DNA from: Sedimentisphaerales bacterium
GTDB taxonomy: Bacteria > Planctomycetota > Phycisphaerae > Sedimentisphaerales > Anaerobacaceae
Direction of reading: 5' to 3'
DNA: 64,000 nt
Assembly: GCA_963708075.1 (NCBI GenBank)
Contig: OY970194.1
Coordinates: 4,704,001-4,768,000 of the forward strand
Below are positions 48,461 to 59,449 of this stretch, piece after piece. The notes under the pieces were generated by a model. The model was not told where the DNA came from, ran no database searches, and worked only from the letters and a program-made list of their open reading frames with translations. Both the position numbers and the translations under genes were made by a program. Position 1 is the stretch's first letter. Each line of letters begins with the position of its first letter.

Positions 48461-49885
48461 TTACCAGTAGGTCTCATGGTGGTACACGTCAAATCCGAAG
48501 TAGGTCTCGAAGGCCTCCGCGAGAATGGCGGCGGTGTGACCCTTGCCGACCGCGACGTGATGCTCGAAACCATTCTTGCAGACGTAGCGCATGAGCGTCT
48601 GCAGGTCCGGGATCTCCGCCACGGCCCGGCTGCCGAACGTCCTGAGAGGATCGTCCGTGAACATGCCGTCACCGACGTAAGCCAGGATGTCGCCGCTCAC
48701 GTCGTCGGTCGATATCCGCGCGAAGGTGAACGGCCCCCTCGGGACCCGCCCGGTGACGGCGCCGCAGGTGTTCTCCTGGCCGAGGGTCGTGCCGAGAATC
48801 TCCGCCGCGGTCATCTTGAAATCGTCGGTCCGGAAGAAGCTCTTGGCCCAGTTGCCGCAGTGGAACAGCACGCACTTGTCCGGATCGTCGGCATAGTTGT
48901 TGTTCCAATCCACCAGGGCGCTGGGCGTGCCGCTGGCCAACTGCAGGGCATACATCGAAGCGACGCCGGTGATATCGACTTCGCAGGCGCTGGGCATCAG
49001 CCGCTCGCTCATCATACTCATCAGCGTGCACGCGTTGACGCCGTAATTCTGCTGAATAGAGGTCCAGCATTGAACCGCTGTTGCTTGGAGGTCGTTCGCG
49101 GCCATCCAGTCGTCGACGACGATGGCGAGTTTTGCCATCTTCGTGAGGGCCTCATGCGGGATGCCCTCCGTCTTGACGTAGCCTCGGATCAGCGTCACGC
49201 GCTGCTTGACCTTCGAGTCATTGTCGGCGAGCTTGTTGGCCGCGCCGAAAAGCTCGGACAGGTCGATCGTGCTGACGCTGATCCCGCACGACTGCAGCAG
49301 CTTCTCGCTGTAGCGGACGGTATTGAACGCGTTCGGCCGGGCGCCGATCGCGCCCAGTCGCGCGCGGCGCAGCCCCTTGACCACCCGGCAGACGCCGACG
49401 AACCGCTGCAGGTCCGTCCGGAATTGGTCGCTATCCGGATGAATCGTGTGGTCCGTCGTCAGCGAGAACGGATAGCCGTACTGCCGCAGGTTGTTGCAGA
49501 CGGAGATCTTGCCACACCAGGAATCCCGCCGACGCTCCACGGTGAAGCTGTCCAGGTCGTCGGGATAGGCCTGCACGAGAACAGGGACATTCAGGCCCGA
49601 CAGCTTGACCGTCTCGGCGATGCCCTTCTCGTCCCCGAAGTTGGGCAACGTCACGAGGACGCCGTCGATCCTGTCGGCGTGGGCTTTGAACAGCTCCGCA
49701 CACTTCTTCGCGTCCTGCCAGGTCTCAACGCCGCCAAGGTTCGTATCCTTTTCGCCGAGGATGACCGGCTCGATGTTCATCTCCTTGAGAAGGGCGAGGA
49801 TATCCTGCCGGCCCTCGGTAACGAGCCGATCCGGGAAGAAGTCCCGATTGCCAACGATCACTGCCAGTACTGTCTGTGACATCAT
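48461..49885 (-). CDS. L-fucose/L-arabinose isomerase-family protein
   Basis: NFGDE, VQCW, ACEVD, FHCGN, GFEHHV. Confidence 0.82.
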   Translation of the reverse strand: MMSQTVLAVIVGNRDFFPDRLVTEGRQDILALLKEMNIEPVILGEKDTNLGGVETWQDAKKCAELFKAHADRIDGVLVTLPNFGDEKGIAETVKLSGLNVPVLVQAYPDDLDSFTVERRRDSWCGKISVCNNLRQYGYPFSLTTDHTIHPDSDQFRTDLQRFVGVCRVVKGLRRARLGAIGARPNAFNTVRYSEKLLQSCGISVSTIDLSELFGAANKLADNDSKVKQRVTLIRGYVKTEGIPHEALTKMAKLAIVVDDWMAANDLQATAVQCWTSIQQNYGVNACTLMSMMSERLMPSACEVDITGVASMYALQLASGTPSALVDWNNNYADDPDKCVLFHCGNWAKSFFRTDDFKMTAAEILGTTLGQENTCGAVTGRVPRGPFTFARISTDDVSGDILAYVGDGMFTDDPLRTFGSRAVAEIPDLQTLMRYVCKNGFEHHVAVGKGHTAAILAEAFETYFGFDVYHHETYW

Positions 49886-49945
49886 GTACCTCCTTTGACG
49901 AACGTCCTGCACTTCACCCTTACAGGGCAGCCAGGCGACAATCTA

Positions 49946-51295
49946 CTACTCGATGGCCATCGCGTCCAGTGACGCGGCCAATGCGTTTTCATTGACACGG
50001 CCGGCCATCCAGGCATCCTGCAAGCGGCGCAGGCTCAGGATCGTGGACGGCTCATGAAGCTCGACGTGCCCGTACGTGATGGGCTGGTCCTGCTCCACCG
50101 CCTTGATCATCCGTGCCCCCTTGGCCAGTCCGACCGGCAGCAAGTCCTCGCGCTGCGCGACGTCATACGTGTCGATCAGGCTGTAGAAGGTGGAGCCGCC
50201 GATGCCGTCCAGGGTGTCACCGGGCCTGAGCGGGCACTTGGCCACGGCGAAGACCTCCGACACCAGCCGATCCAGTGGAGCCATGTTCGACTTCTTGCGA
50301 ATGACCAGCATGGCGCACGTCAGCGGCACCTCAATGCTGCACAGGTGGTATGGGCGAAAGAGCGTGTAGTAAGGCCCGTTGCCCATGTCGCGGTAGACCA
50401 GGGCCTGCCGAAGCCTCGGATGGTCGGTGGTGACAACCAGAAAGACACCGGGGTGAATGCCGCCGATGCCATAATCGACGACTCCGGCCCGGTTCAGTAC
50501 GCCGCCATGCTCTTTGAGGGCGAAGACTTCATTCAGCTTGTCGCGCGTGGTCTTCGGGCCGTGCATGCCTCGCACGTCAGGAACCAGCCCCGTGGCGTTG
50601 GAGACCGCTGCCATCTCGATCATCGTCTTGCTGCCATCGACGAACTCGATCAGCATATTCGGATTGAGCCCGCGCCGCTGGGCTTCCTTCGCCCATTTCT
50701 CATCCATCGGCGTGGCATGCCGGTCGAGCGGGTTGTTCTTGCCCTTGCCCGCCGCCACGATGGTAAAGCCGAGCGAGTCGGCAAAATCGTACAGTTCTTT
50801 ACACGCCGCGGGCTCGTCGCCGGCCGCCAGAGCGTAAAGTACGCCCTTTCTCTCGGCATACCACCGAAGCAGCGGCCCGACCGTGACGTCGGTCTCCACG
50901 TTCATCATCGCCAACTGCTGCCCGCTCCGCGATGAACGCAGCGCTGCCCGGGCCCCGACCTCCGGAACGCCTGTGGCTTCCAGCATCACGTCCACCTGCT
51001 TCATGTCCGTGACGATGCGATAATCGCTGGTGAATACCCGCTTTCGCTGTGACACCGCCTTGTCCGCCTCGGCTACCGAACGGGCCTCCACCACGTCGCC
51101 TTCGAGCATCGCGATCTTATACGCTTCCTGTGCTCGCTTCTTATCGATATCGGCAATGATGGCGATATCGATGCCTTTCATCATTTTGATCTGGGCAACG
51201 ACATCGACGCCCATCTGCCCGGCCCCGATCATGCCAATCCGCACGGGATTTCCCGCCGCATGCCGTGCCGCCAATTCCTCGTTCAAACCAATCAC
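49946..51295 (-). CDS. NAD(P)-dependent oxidoreductase with C-terminal SAF domain (homoserine-dehydrogenase-like)
   Basis: GAGQMG, NVETDVTVGP, GDEP, AGKG, DGSKTMIEM, RPYHL, LDGIGG. Confidence 0.85.
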   Translation of the reverse strand: MIGLNEELAARHAAGNPVRIGMIGAGQMGVDVVAQIKMMKGIDIAIIADIDKKRAQEAYKIAMLEGDVVEARSVAEADKAVSQRKRVFTSDYRIVTDMKQVDVMLEATGVPEVGARAALRSSRSGQQLAMMNVETDVTVGPLLRWYAERKGVLYALAAGDEPAACKELYDFADSLGFTIVAAGKGKNNPLDRHATPMDEKWAKEAQRRGLNPNMLIEFVDGSKTMIEMAAVSNATGLVPDVRGMHGPKTTRDKLNEVFALKEHGGVLNRAGVVDYGIGGIHPGVFLVVTTDHPRLRQALVYRDMGNGPYYTLFRPYHLCSIEVPLTCAMLVIRKKSNMAPLDRLVSEVFAVAKCPLRPGDTLDGIGGSTFYSLIDTYDVAQREDLLPVGLAKGARMIKAVEQDQPITYGHVELHEPSTILSLRRLQDAWMAGRVNENALAASLDAMAIE

Positions 51296-51310
51296 AGTGT
51301 CTACATCCTC

Positions 51311-52349
51311 CTATGTTGTGACGACCACTTTGAGGGCCTCGCCCGCCGCGGCCGCCTCGAATGCTCTATCGATTTTGTCTAAGTGAAACCTATGGGTCAC
51401 CAACAAATCCGCCGGGATTACCTTGCGATGAATCAGATCCAGTGCCAGCTCGTGCATCGTCGGATGATACGAGAACGCGCCGAAGACCTCGATTTCGCCG
51501 TAGTGAATCCGGTTGCTGTCGAGGGTCACCATGGGGTTGGCCTTGGGCAGACCGCCGAACAGAACGACCTTGCCGCGTTTACGCACGATTTCCACCGCCT
51601 GGGTCTGGGTTTGCGCGACGGGGTTGGCACAGATCACGATGTCCGCTCCGACGCCGCCGGTCATCTCCCGCACGCGTGCCGCCAGGTCCTCGCTGGTTGG
51701 GTCCACGATAGCCTGCGGCGCAAAACGTTCTGCGAGTTTGCGCCGAGTCCCGCTCGGCTCGGAGACGATCACCGAGGCCCCCTGGGACTTGGCGACCACG
51801 ATGTGCAGGCAGCCAATCGGCCCGGCTCCCATGACCACGACCGTGTCCCTCAATCCCGTGCCGGCCCGATGATGACACGCCAGAACCGAGCAGCTCGGCT
51901 CAGCCAAGCTACCCTCGACAAACGACATTCCCTGGGGCATCGGGTGCACGATTCCATTGACCAGCACTTCCTCTGTGAGGACGAGCTTCTCGGCCAGCGC
52001 CGGGCAACTCGGGCGTGACGCCCACGAACCGCAACTCGTTGCAGAGATTGTAGAGTCCCCGCTTGCAGTAGTAACACCGGCCGCAATGGACATCGGGAGC
52101 GATGGCCAGATAATCGCCTGGTGCATATTGGGTGACGCCTTTGCCGGCCTCAAGAACGACGCCGGCCGCCTCATGCCCCGGGACTACGCCCTCGACCCCT
52201 TTGGGCGGACCTTCCTTCCAGCGTCGCAGGTCCGACCCGCAAATTCCGCAGGCCTTCACGTCCAGCACAATGCCACCGGGGGGCGCATGCGGCTCAGACA
52301 CATCCCGCAATTCGATTCTCTTCGGCCCTGTCAGATATGCGGTTCTCAT
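51311..52349 (-). CDS. Zn-dependent alcohol/polyol dehydrogenase (apparent frameshift at ~52010)
   Basis: CGICGSD, GHEAAG, CGRCYYC...C, then LAEP..C, GAGPIG in a second frame. Confidence 0.9.
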
Positions 52350-52362
52350 TCGAAACCTCTCA

Positions 52363-52971
52363 TCATTTGCCCTCGGCTATTTTCTTGCCTACAGCGCCTT
52401 CGGGATGCGTGACGCTGAACTGCTCCTTGGAGTAGCCTCTCAACTCCAGCAGCAGAATGCACAGCACGTCGCACGCGGCCCCGTTCACCAGCGAGCTGCC
52501 GGTGGCGATCATGCCGTAGGGGTCCACATCTTCCGGGGCCTTGATCCTGTAGATCGCGTCACTCATCTTGCCCAGCGGCGAATCCGGGTTCTCCGTGTGA
52601 GCGATGATCCGGGCGCCTTTCTGCTTTGCGATCTCGACGAGGCCGTTGATCTCCCGGCTGTTTCCGCCCTTGGAGATCACGTACAGGATATCGCGATCCG
52701 TGATCGCGCCCGCCCCGCCGTGCAGGCAGTCGGCAGCGTTCAAAGGCAGGGCCGAGGTCCCGCAGCACGACAGCAGGTGCGCGAACCGATGTGCAATCGC
52801 ACGGGACGTGCCGGCGCCGGTCACCAGGACGTGCCCCTTGCAGCCCAGCATCAGCCTGGCAACCTCGACCACCGATTCATCGATCTGCTCACTCAATATG
52901 TTCACGGCGGCCGCCTCCCGTCCAATGACCTCTCGGGCACGTGCCACCAACTTCTTTGCCGATTCTGCCAT
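52363..52971 (-). CDS. SIS-domain sugar-phosphate isomerase (KdsD/GutQ-like, no CBS domains)
   Basis: VLVTGAG.S..IA, HG..G, ISKGG.SRE, HPEGAVG. Confidence 0.85.
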   Translation of the reverse strand: MAESAKKLVARAREVIGREAAAVNILSEQIDESVVEVARLMLGCKGHVLVTGAGTSRAIAHRFAHLLSCCGTSALPLNAADCLHGGAGAITDRDILYVISKGGNSREINGLVEIAKQKGARIIAHTENPDSPLGKMSDAIYRIKAPEDVDPYGMIATGSSLVNGAACDVLCILLLELRGYSKEQFSVTHPEGAVGKKIAEGK

Positions 52972-53000
52972 TGCTCTTATCTACCTCCAACCCAACTGCC

Positions 53001-54035
53001 TTACTCTTTATCAAGCATGGGGACTATGCCGGCGTCCCCGGACGATGTCAACTCCTCCACCCGTATGTGGCGCCGGCTGAGTTTGGCAAGCTGCCGGGTC
53101 CGCAGGCTGTCCAACAGAACGGCCACAAAGATGATGGCCGCCGCTACGAGCGGTTGAAGATACAGGTCCACCTGGGCCGAGACAAGGCCGATAGTCACCA
53201 TCTGGATCAGGATGGCTCCGAGGACCGTGCCCGGAAAGACGCTGCCGATGCCGCCGAAAAGGCTCGTGCCGCCCAGGATGGCCGCCGCGATCGCGTCGAA
53301 CTCGCGGTCCTTGCCAAAGCCCGCGTTGACAATGCCCAATTGAGAGACTGAGATGAAACCGCCCAGCGCGGCCAGAAGACCGCAGATGATGAACGCCGTG
53401 GCCCGCACCCGGGCCGTATTGATGCCGGCCTTCTTGGCAGCCGCGAGATCATTGCCCACGGCATAAACCTGGCGGCCCAACGCCGTCCAACGCAACAACA
53501 CGAAAGCACACAGCACCACTAAGGCGAAGATCACGACAGGAAGCGGGACCCCCAGCAATCGCTGCGCGCCGATCCGCGTGATGGTTTCCGGGAATTCGAC
53601 CGGCGTGGACTTCGTGAGCCACAGGCCCAAGCCCCGGCCAATCCAGAGCGTCCCCAGCGTCGCCACGAACGGGATGATTTTCAGTCGCGTGACGACCAGG
53701 GCGTTGACCGCGCCGAACAGCAGCCCTACCGCCAGGCAAATAACGAGGGCCAACGGCGCGGGCAGGCCGTAGTTCCTGATCAACAAGCCGGCGACTATCG
53801 CCGACAGGTACATGTTCGAGCCGATGGACAAGTCGATGCCGGCGGTCAGCAGAACGAAGGTCATCCCGACGGCCGCGATGCCGATGTACGAGGCCTGCTT
53901 CACCACGTTCTCAAAGCTCTGGTAGCTCAGGAACCGCGGGGACAGCAAGCCAAAGAAAAGGAAGATGACGACAAAGAGTATCAGCGGCGTGTGTCGCAGG
54001 AGTATCACAAGCATTGTGTCATGGGTCTTGCGCAT
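53001..54035 (-). CDS. Sugar ABC transporter permease
   Basis: GIDLSIGS, PFVATLG, GRQVYAVG, AIAAAILGGTS. Confidence 0.93.
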   Translation of the reverse strand: MRKTHDTMLVILLRHTPLILFVVIFLFFGLLSPRFLSYQSFENVVKQASYIGIAAVGMTFVLLTAGIDLSIGSNMYLSAIVAGLLIRNYGLPAPLALVICLAVGLLFGAVNALVVTRLKIIPFVATLGTLWIGRGLGLWLTKSTPVEFPETITRIGAQRLLGVPLPVVIFALVVLCAFVLLRWTALGRQVYAVGNDLAAAKKAGINTARVRATAFIICGLLAALGGFISVSQLGIVNAGFGKDREFDAIAAAILGGTSLFGGIGSVFPGTVLGAILIQMVTIGLVSAQVDLYLQPLVAAAIIFVAVLLDSLRTRQLAKLSRRHIRVEELTSSGDAGIVPMLDKE

Positions 54036-54041
54036 CTGCGT

Positions 54042-55562
54042 TTACCTTCGCCCTCGATGGCCCTTGAAGGCTGCGTGAAGGATCGGCTCCTGTGCGAACT
54101 CCGCACGACCGAAACCGCCCGTGATCTCGCCCTTGCTCATCACGACAATGCGGTCGCACAGGCCCATGAGCTCCTCCAACTCCGAGGAGATCAGCAGGAT
54201 ACCGGCACCTTGTGCCGCCAGGCCGCTGATGATGCTGTACACTTCGTACTTGGCCCCGACGTCAATGCCGCGTGTCGGCTCATCCATGATGAAGATGGCC
54301 GGGCGAGACATGAGCCACTTGCCGATGACCACCTTTTGCTGGTTGCCGCCGCTGAGGTTCTTGGCGAGCGTGCGATTCACGGGGCCGCTCTTGATCCGCA
54401 TGGATTCGGCGATCCGCGTGACGGCGTCACTGAGCCGCCGATGCCATAGCAGGCGAGGGAACCACGCCGACGCAAAGTCCGCCAAGGCTACGAGCCCGAC
54501 GTTGTCCACGACGGTCGCCTCCATGAGCAGCCCTTCCTCCCGGCGATTCTCCGTCACGAAGGCCATGCCCCGGCGGATGCAGTCGCCGGCGCAGGTACGG
54601 CCACAGGGGACGCCGTCTACATATATCTCACCACCCTCAAATGGCTCGAGCCCGAAGAGCATGCGGGCCAGCTCGGTCCGGCCCGAGCCCATCAGGCCGA
54701 ACAAGCCCAGCACCTCCGCCTTGTGCAGAACCAGATCGATATCCTTGACAATGCCCGTCTGGGAGAGGCCCTTTACCTCCAGGACGATCTCCTGCGACGG
54801 TCTCGATTCGCGCGTGGGGAACATCTGATCGATGGCCCGGCCGACCATCCGCGAGATCATCCTGTCGATGGTGAAGTCCCGCCCCGGCCCCGTATTCACC
54901 ACCCGCCCGTCGCGCAGCACGACCACGTCATCGGCGAGTTCCAGTACGTTGCCAAGGTTGTGCGAGATGTAGATCATGGATTTGCCCTGCTCCCGCAGGC
55001 GCCGGATGATGTCGAAGAGCCGCTGTGTCTCGGCGGCCGTCAGGGAAGTCGTCGGCTCGTCGAAGATGATGATCTCGGCCCCGGTACGGAGGGCCTTGGC
55101 GATCTCGACCAACTGGCGTTCTCCCGGCGTCAGGCGGTCAACTAGAGTCTCCGGCGAAAGAGGCAAGTTCAGCGATTCCAGCAGTCTCGCCGTCTGCTTT
55201 CTCGTCGCCGCCTTGTCGATGAACGGCAATTTGCCCAGCCGGGGAAAACAGTCGATGAAGAGATTGTCTGCGATGCTGAGATTCGTGAAAAGGTTCAGCT
55301 CCTGGTGGATGAACGCGATGCCGGCTGCCGTCGCATCGGCCGGCCGGCGCGGGGTGTAGTCCGCCGCCCGGAGTTTCATCGTGCCGCTGTCCGGAGCAAG
55401 CACGCCTCCGAGGATGTTCATGAGCGTCGTTTTGCCCGCGCCGTTCTCACCAATAAGGCCCAGCAGATGACCCTTAGGTAACGCGAGACTCACATCCTCA
55501 AGCGCACGAATGCCGAAGAAGCTCTTGGAGATGCCGTCGAATTGGAGGGTGCTCTCGGGCAT
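54042..55562 (-). CDS. Sugar ABC transporter ATP-binding protein (CUT2, two domains)
   Basis: GENGAGKTT, DEPT, LSGGNQQK, DEPTRGIDVGAK. Confidence 0.95.
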   Translation of the reverse strand: MPESTLQFDGISKSFFGIRALEDVSLALPKGHLLGLIGENGAGKTTLMNILGGVLAPDSGTMKLRAADYTPRRPADATAAGIAFIHQELNLFTNLSIADNLFIDCFPRLGKLPFIDKAATRKQTARLLESLNLPLSPETLVDRLTPGERQLVEIAKALRTGAEIIIFDEPTTSLTAAETQRLFDIIRRLREQGKSMIYISHNLGNVLELADDVVVLRDGRVVNTGPGRDFTIDRMISRMVGRAIDQMFPTRESRPSQEIVLEVKGLSQTGIVKDIDLVLHKAEVLGLFGLMGSGRTELARMLFGLEPFEGGEIYVDGVPCGRTCAGDCIRRGMAFVTENRREEGLLMEATVVDNVGLVALADFASAWFPRLLWHRRLSDAVTRIAESMRIKSGPVNRTLAKNLSGGNQQKVVIGKWLMSRPAIFIMDEPTRGIDVGAKYEVYSIISGLAAQGAGILLISSELEELMGLCDRIVVMSKGEITGGFGRAEFAQEPILHAAFKGHRGRR

Positions 55563-56650
55563 CAGGCGACGACCTCCCGCGCCAGCAGCCGCGTGCGAGT
55601 GACATCCAGCAGGGCCGCCAGCAGGATCACCGATCCCTTAATGACCGGCTCCGCATAGAACGGCAGTGCGAGCATGCTCAGCGCGTTAGAGAGCAGGACG
55701 AAGAACAGCACCCCGAACAGGGCCCAGAGCACCTTGCCTTTACCGCCGAAGAGACTGATGCCGCCGATGACGGCCGCCCCGATGACATCGAGCAGGAGGT
55801 TCTGCCCCAGCGTCGGCCGGCCGCCTTCCAGTCGGGCCGAGTACAGGATGGATGCGACCGCCGCACAGAAGCCGCTGAGTGCGTAGCCGACGACGATCAC
55901 CCGCTCCGTCGGCACGCCGGAGACAATGGAGGTCCGGACACTCTTGCCGACCGCGAAAAACCAGCGGCCGAGAACGGTATGCCGGAGCACGACATGCGCC
56001 GCAACCGCCAGAACAAGCACGACGAAGAACGACCAGGGGACCGGCCCGATTCCGCCCGAGCCGAGCCTCGTGTAGCCTTCCGGCAGGTACATGATGTTCT
56101 CGGATTTCGTCAGGTAGATCGCCAGTCCGCTGAAGAACATCATCGAGACCAGCGTCACCATGAAGGCCGGCATGCGGAACTTCGCCACGGCCAGGCCGTT
56201 CAGCGAGCCCACGAGTGTCCCGACGACAAGCATCGCTGCGATGCCCACCGGGACAGCGAATGCCGTACCGCTGATCGGGCTTCCATCGGCGGACAGCAGC
56301 AGGCCCCAGAGAGGACTCTTTGCGAACAGAGCCGGATCGAGCCTTGTCGTCATGAGCATCCCGCCGATGACGCTGGTCAGCGCCATGATCGACGTCTGCG
56401 ACAGGTCGATGCCTCCAAGGATCAGGACAAACATCTGGCCAAGCACCAGGGCCAGCAGCGGCCACATGTTCGAAGAGATATTCGCCAGGTTGCGCTCGCC
56501 GGCGATGTACGGCATGAACAGGTACAGCCCGGCGAAAAAAACGATGCTCAGGTACAGAACGAAGTTCTCGGAAAGCAGGATGCGCCGGGCAACACCAAGG
56601 GCTTTGCCCCGCCCGAAAGCCAAGACCAAATGGGCCCGTGTAGCAGCCAT
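55562..56650 (-). CDS. Sugar ABC transporter permease
   Basis: GGIDLS, PAFMVTL, VIGAAVIGG.SLFGG.G. Confidence 0.93.
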   Translation of the reverse strand: MAATRAHLVLAFGRGKALGVARRILLSENFVLYLSIVFFAGLYLFMPYIAGERNLANISSNMWPLLALVLGQMFVLILGGIDLSQTSIMALTSVIGGMLMTTRLDPALFAKSPLWGLLLSADGSPISGTAFAVPVGIAAMLVVGTLVGSLNGLAVAKFRMPAFMVTLVSMMFFSGLAIYLTKSENIMYLPEGYTRLGSGGIGPVPWSFFVVLVLAVAAHVVLRHTVLGRWFFAVGKSVRTSIVSGVPTERVIVVGYALSGFCAAVASILYSARLEGGRPTLGQNLLLDVIGAAVIGGISLFGGKGKVLWALFGVLFFVLLSNALSMLALPFYAEPVIKGSVILLAALLDVTRTRLLAREVVA

Positions 56651-57676
56651 TTATTGAGCGTCCGCCGGCTCTTGCTCGGCCAGCAACTTGAAGCCCCACA
56701 TGTCGTTCGCCCGCTCGGCCATGTTCGCCTGGGTCAGTGCGAACCCCGGGTCCTCCATCCATTGCTCGGGCGTCTTCCGGCCACTCTTCATCGCTTCGAG
56801 CAGGGCCTTGAGCAGCTCGTCGGCCTCGACGAACAGGTCCTGCACGCCGGTGGCGTCCACGTAGCCCTCCTTCATCCAGCGGGCGGCGCGCATGTCTCCG
56901 TCCACGCCGCCGAGGATCACGTGTCCCGGCTCGCCGATCTTCTTCCACTTGCCCAGAGGCTCCAGCACGGCTCGCACCTGGGGATACATGAAATCGGACG
57001 AGGTAAAAACGAGATCGACGTCGGGATTCCTTTGCAGCGCGGCCTCCAGGTTTGCCTGGGCTGTCACGGCATCCCACTTGGTGGGCACCTCGATCACCTC
57101 GTTGAACAAGTCGGGGTTCTTCCGGATGACATTCATGAACCCTTGTCGCCGGGCAACGGCGTTGCTGTCGCCGAGATCGCCGACGAGAATGAGGGGAGTG
57201 ACCTTGCGGCCGAGCTTCCTGGCCTCTTCGGCCATGTGAGCCACGGTCTCTTCCGAGATCCGCCGGTTGTCTGCCACGATGACGAGAGCAGGTTTGCTGC
57301 GGTTGGCCGGCGGCCGGTTGAACACACCGATGGGCACGCCCGCCTTGTTCGCCTCGCCCACAATCGTCACGGCACTCTCCCCGTCCTGGGGGATGATGAT
57401 GATGCCATCCACGCCGCGGGCGATGGCCGCTCGGATCTGCTCGAGCTGCCGGTTCGCATCCTCATTGGCGTTGCGCTCGATGACCAGAATGCCCTTGCTC
57501 TTGAGCGTCTCGGTGATGGCCTTGTGGGCCGCTACCCAGAACTCCGTCTCCAGATCCTGAAACGCGAAACAGACGGTGACCTGATCGTCGCTATCACCGC
57601 GGCGAGAGCACGACAGACCACCAAGAACAAGAGCCGTCGTGACAAGCAGTGTGCAGATCCATTTCATAGCGTTCAT
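56651..57676 (-). CDS. Sugar ABC transporter substrate-binding lipoprotein
   Basis: Lipobox-like GLSC, RbsB-like GVDGIIIIP, AGVPI. Confidence 0.9.
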   Translation of the reverse strand: MNAMKWICTLLVTTALVLGGLSCSRRGDSDDQVTVCFAFQDLETEFWVAAHKAITETLKSKGILVIERNANEDANRQLEQIRAAIARGVDGIIIIPQDGESAVTIVGEANKAGVPIGVFNRPPANRSKPALVIVADNRRISEETVAHMAEEARKLGRKVTPLILVGDLGDSNAVARRQGFMNVIRKNPDLFNEVIEVPTKWDAVTAQANLEAALQRNPDVDLVFTSSDFMYPQVRAVLEPLGKWKKIGEPGHVILGGVDGDMRAARWMKEGYVDATGVQDLFVEADELLKALLEAMKSGRKTPEQWMEDPGFALTQANMAERANDMWGFKLLAEQEPADAQ

Positions 57677-57706
57677 AGGGACCCTTTCGAGGCTCCGGGG
57701 CGATAC

Positions 57707-57849
57707 GTTACACTTGTTCACTGCTGAACGTATGAACACCTTAGGGCTTTCGTCACTCGCTGTCAAACACAAACCGCGTTTTCAGGCTTGACAAGCGTCA
57801 TCCGCCCAGTGACAATGCGAAAAAATGAACACTCGTGAACACATGTTCA
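57707..57849. promoter_or_regulatory. Back-to-back sigma70 promoters with TGAACA/TGTTCA operator clusters
   Basis: Plus strand TTGACA(57788)-N17-GACAAT; minus strand TTGACA(57766)-N17-TAAGGT; palindrome TGAACACATGTTCA at 57836, related half-sites at 57707-57738 and 57826. Confidence 0.72.
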
Positions 57850-57857
57850 GGCCTGCT

Positions 57858-58823
57858 ATGGCAAACGATCCCGAATTCAAGCGGCTGCTCTTCAAGATCG
57901 CCAAGGCGTACTATGACGACGGCTTGACACAGCAGCAGATCAGTGAGAGGCTCGGCCTGTCCCGGGTCAGGGTCTCACGGCTGCTCCGGGCTGCACGCGA
58001 CGAGCGGATCGTGCAAATCACGATTGTCCCCTTGCAGGAGTCGAATACCGAGGTCGAGAGGCGGCTCGAAGAGAGCTACGGCTTGAAGGAAGCCCTCGTC
58101 GTGACGTGCTCCGGCCATGATACAACGACCGTCATCAACCAGTTGGGTCCTGTTGCGGCCGCCTGCCTGACCCGCTGTCTGCAAGGCAGTGAGGTTGTAG
58201 CCCTGAGCTGGGGAACTGCCGTACTGTCCGTCGTCAATGCCCTGCCGCCCATGGACTTGCCCAGCGTGCGGGTCGTCCAGTTCCTCGGCGGCCTGGGGGA
58301 GTTGGAGGCGGAGACGCATGGGGCCGAGCTGGCCCGGCGGATGGCCCAGGCCCTTGGCGCGAAGCCCCGGCTGATTCACGCACCGGGCATTGTGAAAGAC
58401 AGGATCGTCCGGGATGCTCTTGTGACGGACCCGCAGGTGGCCGATACGCTGGAGCTGGCCGGGCGAGCCGATGTGGCGCTCGTGGGTATCGGCGTCTTCG
58501 AGCCGGGCTCCACGCTCCTGACCGGCAGCACGCTGACTCAGGAGGAAGTCAGCGATCTGAAGGCCCACGGTGTCGCGGGCGACATCGCTCTCCAATTCTT
58601 TGATGGCCACGGCAACAGAGTGGATCACCCCATCAACAACCGAATCGTCGGAACAGACATCGAGAAAATCAAAGCCATTCCGCGCGTCATCGGCGTCGCC
58701 GGCGGGCCGGAGAAACTGACGGCCATTCAGGCGGCTCTGCACGGTGGCTTGATCAACGTGCTTGTGACCGACGACCAGACCGCCGCACGGCTTCTCGATC
58801 AGGCCATCCTATCCGTACGCTGA
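57858..58823 (+). CDS. SorC/LsrR-family sugar-binding transcriptional regulator
   Basis: IAKAYY.DGLTQQQI...LGLSR.RVSRLL, LSWGT, ADVALVGIG, GVAGG.EK, LVTD; start may alternatively be 57825 or 57843. Confidence 0.92.
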   Translation: MANDPEFKRLLFKIAKAYYDDGLTQQQISERLGLSRVRVSRLLRAARDERIVQITIVPLQESNTEVERRLEESYGLKEALVVTCSGHDTTTVINQLGPVAAACLTRCLQGSEVVALSWGTAVLSVVNALPPMDLPSVRVVQFLGGLGELEAETHGAELARRMAQALGAKPRLIHAPGIVKDRIVRDALVTDPQVADTLELAGRADVALVGIGVFEPGSTLLTGSTLTQEEVSDLKAHGVAGDIALQFFDGHGNRVDHPINNRIVGTDIEKIKAIPRVIGVAGGPEKLTAIQAALHGGLINVLVTDDQTAARLLDQAILSVR

Positions 58824-58958
58824 CCGTGGATCGTCATCCGCGTTACCCCCATCCGCGATTTCCCAACTCCTTAGAACCGGCCTTCCATCCCTGCGTACCA
58901 ACAATCAAGCACCAGCTATCCGTGTTCGGAACATGGCTGGCGAGCAAAGGAGACGATT

Positions 58959-59420
58959 ATGGCAAAGCTGAATGTTGGCGACAGGGCGCCCGATTTCTCC
59001 CTGCAGGACCAGAACCACCAGACAGTCTCACTGTCTGATTTCGAGGGCCGGAAACTGCTGCTGTACTTCTATCCGAAGGCGGAAACCCCGGGCTGTACGC
59101 GACAGGCGATCAGCATCCGCGATGCGGCGGAAGAGCTGAGCAGCGCCGGCGTGGCCTTCATCGGCATCAGTCCGGATACCCCGGAAGAACAGAAAGCCTT
59201 CGACGAGAAACACAACCTGGGCTTCCCGCTGCTGTCCGACCCTGACCACGAGGTCGCGGAAGCGTATGGGGCCTGGGGCACGAAATCCGTTCAGGGCCAA
59301 ATGAAGGAAGGGATCATCCGCTCGTCCTTCCTGATCGACGAGCACGGCACGATTCTTCAGGCCACTTATAACGTCAAGCCTGAGGAGACCGTGCCCAAGG
59401 CGCAGGAAGTCCTCGCCTGA
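58959..59420 (+). CDS. bcp: Peroxiredoxin Bcp/PrxQ (1-Cys type)
   Basis: YFYPKAETPGCT, GISPD, FPLLSD, IRSSFLID. Confidence 0.92.
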   Translation: MAKLNVGDRAPDFSLQDQNHQTVSLSDFEGRKLLLYFYPKAETPGCTRQAISIRDAAEELSSAGVAFIGISPDTPEEQKAFDEKHNLGFPLLSDPDHEVAEAYGAWGTKSVQGQMKEGIIRSSFLIDEHGTILQATYNVKPEETVPKAQEVLA

Positions 59421-59449
59421 AGCATGAGGCGGCCGTTCAAATCAGGAAC

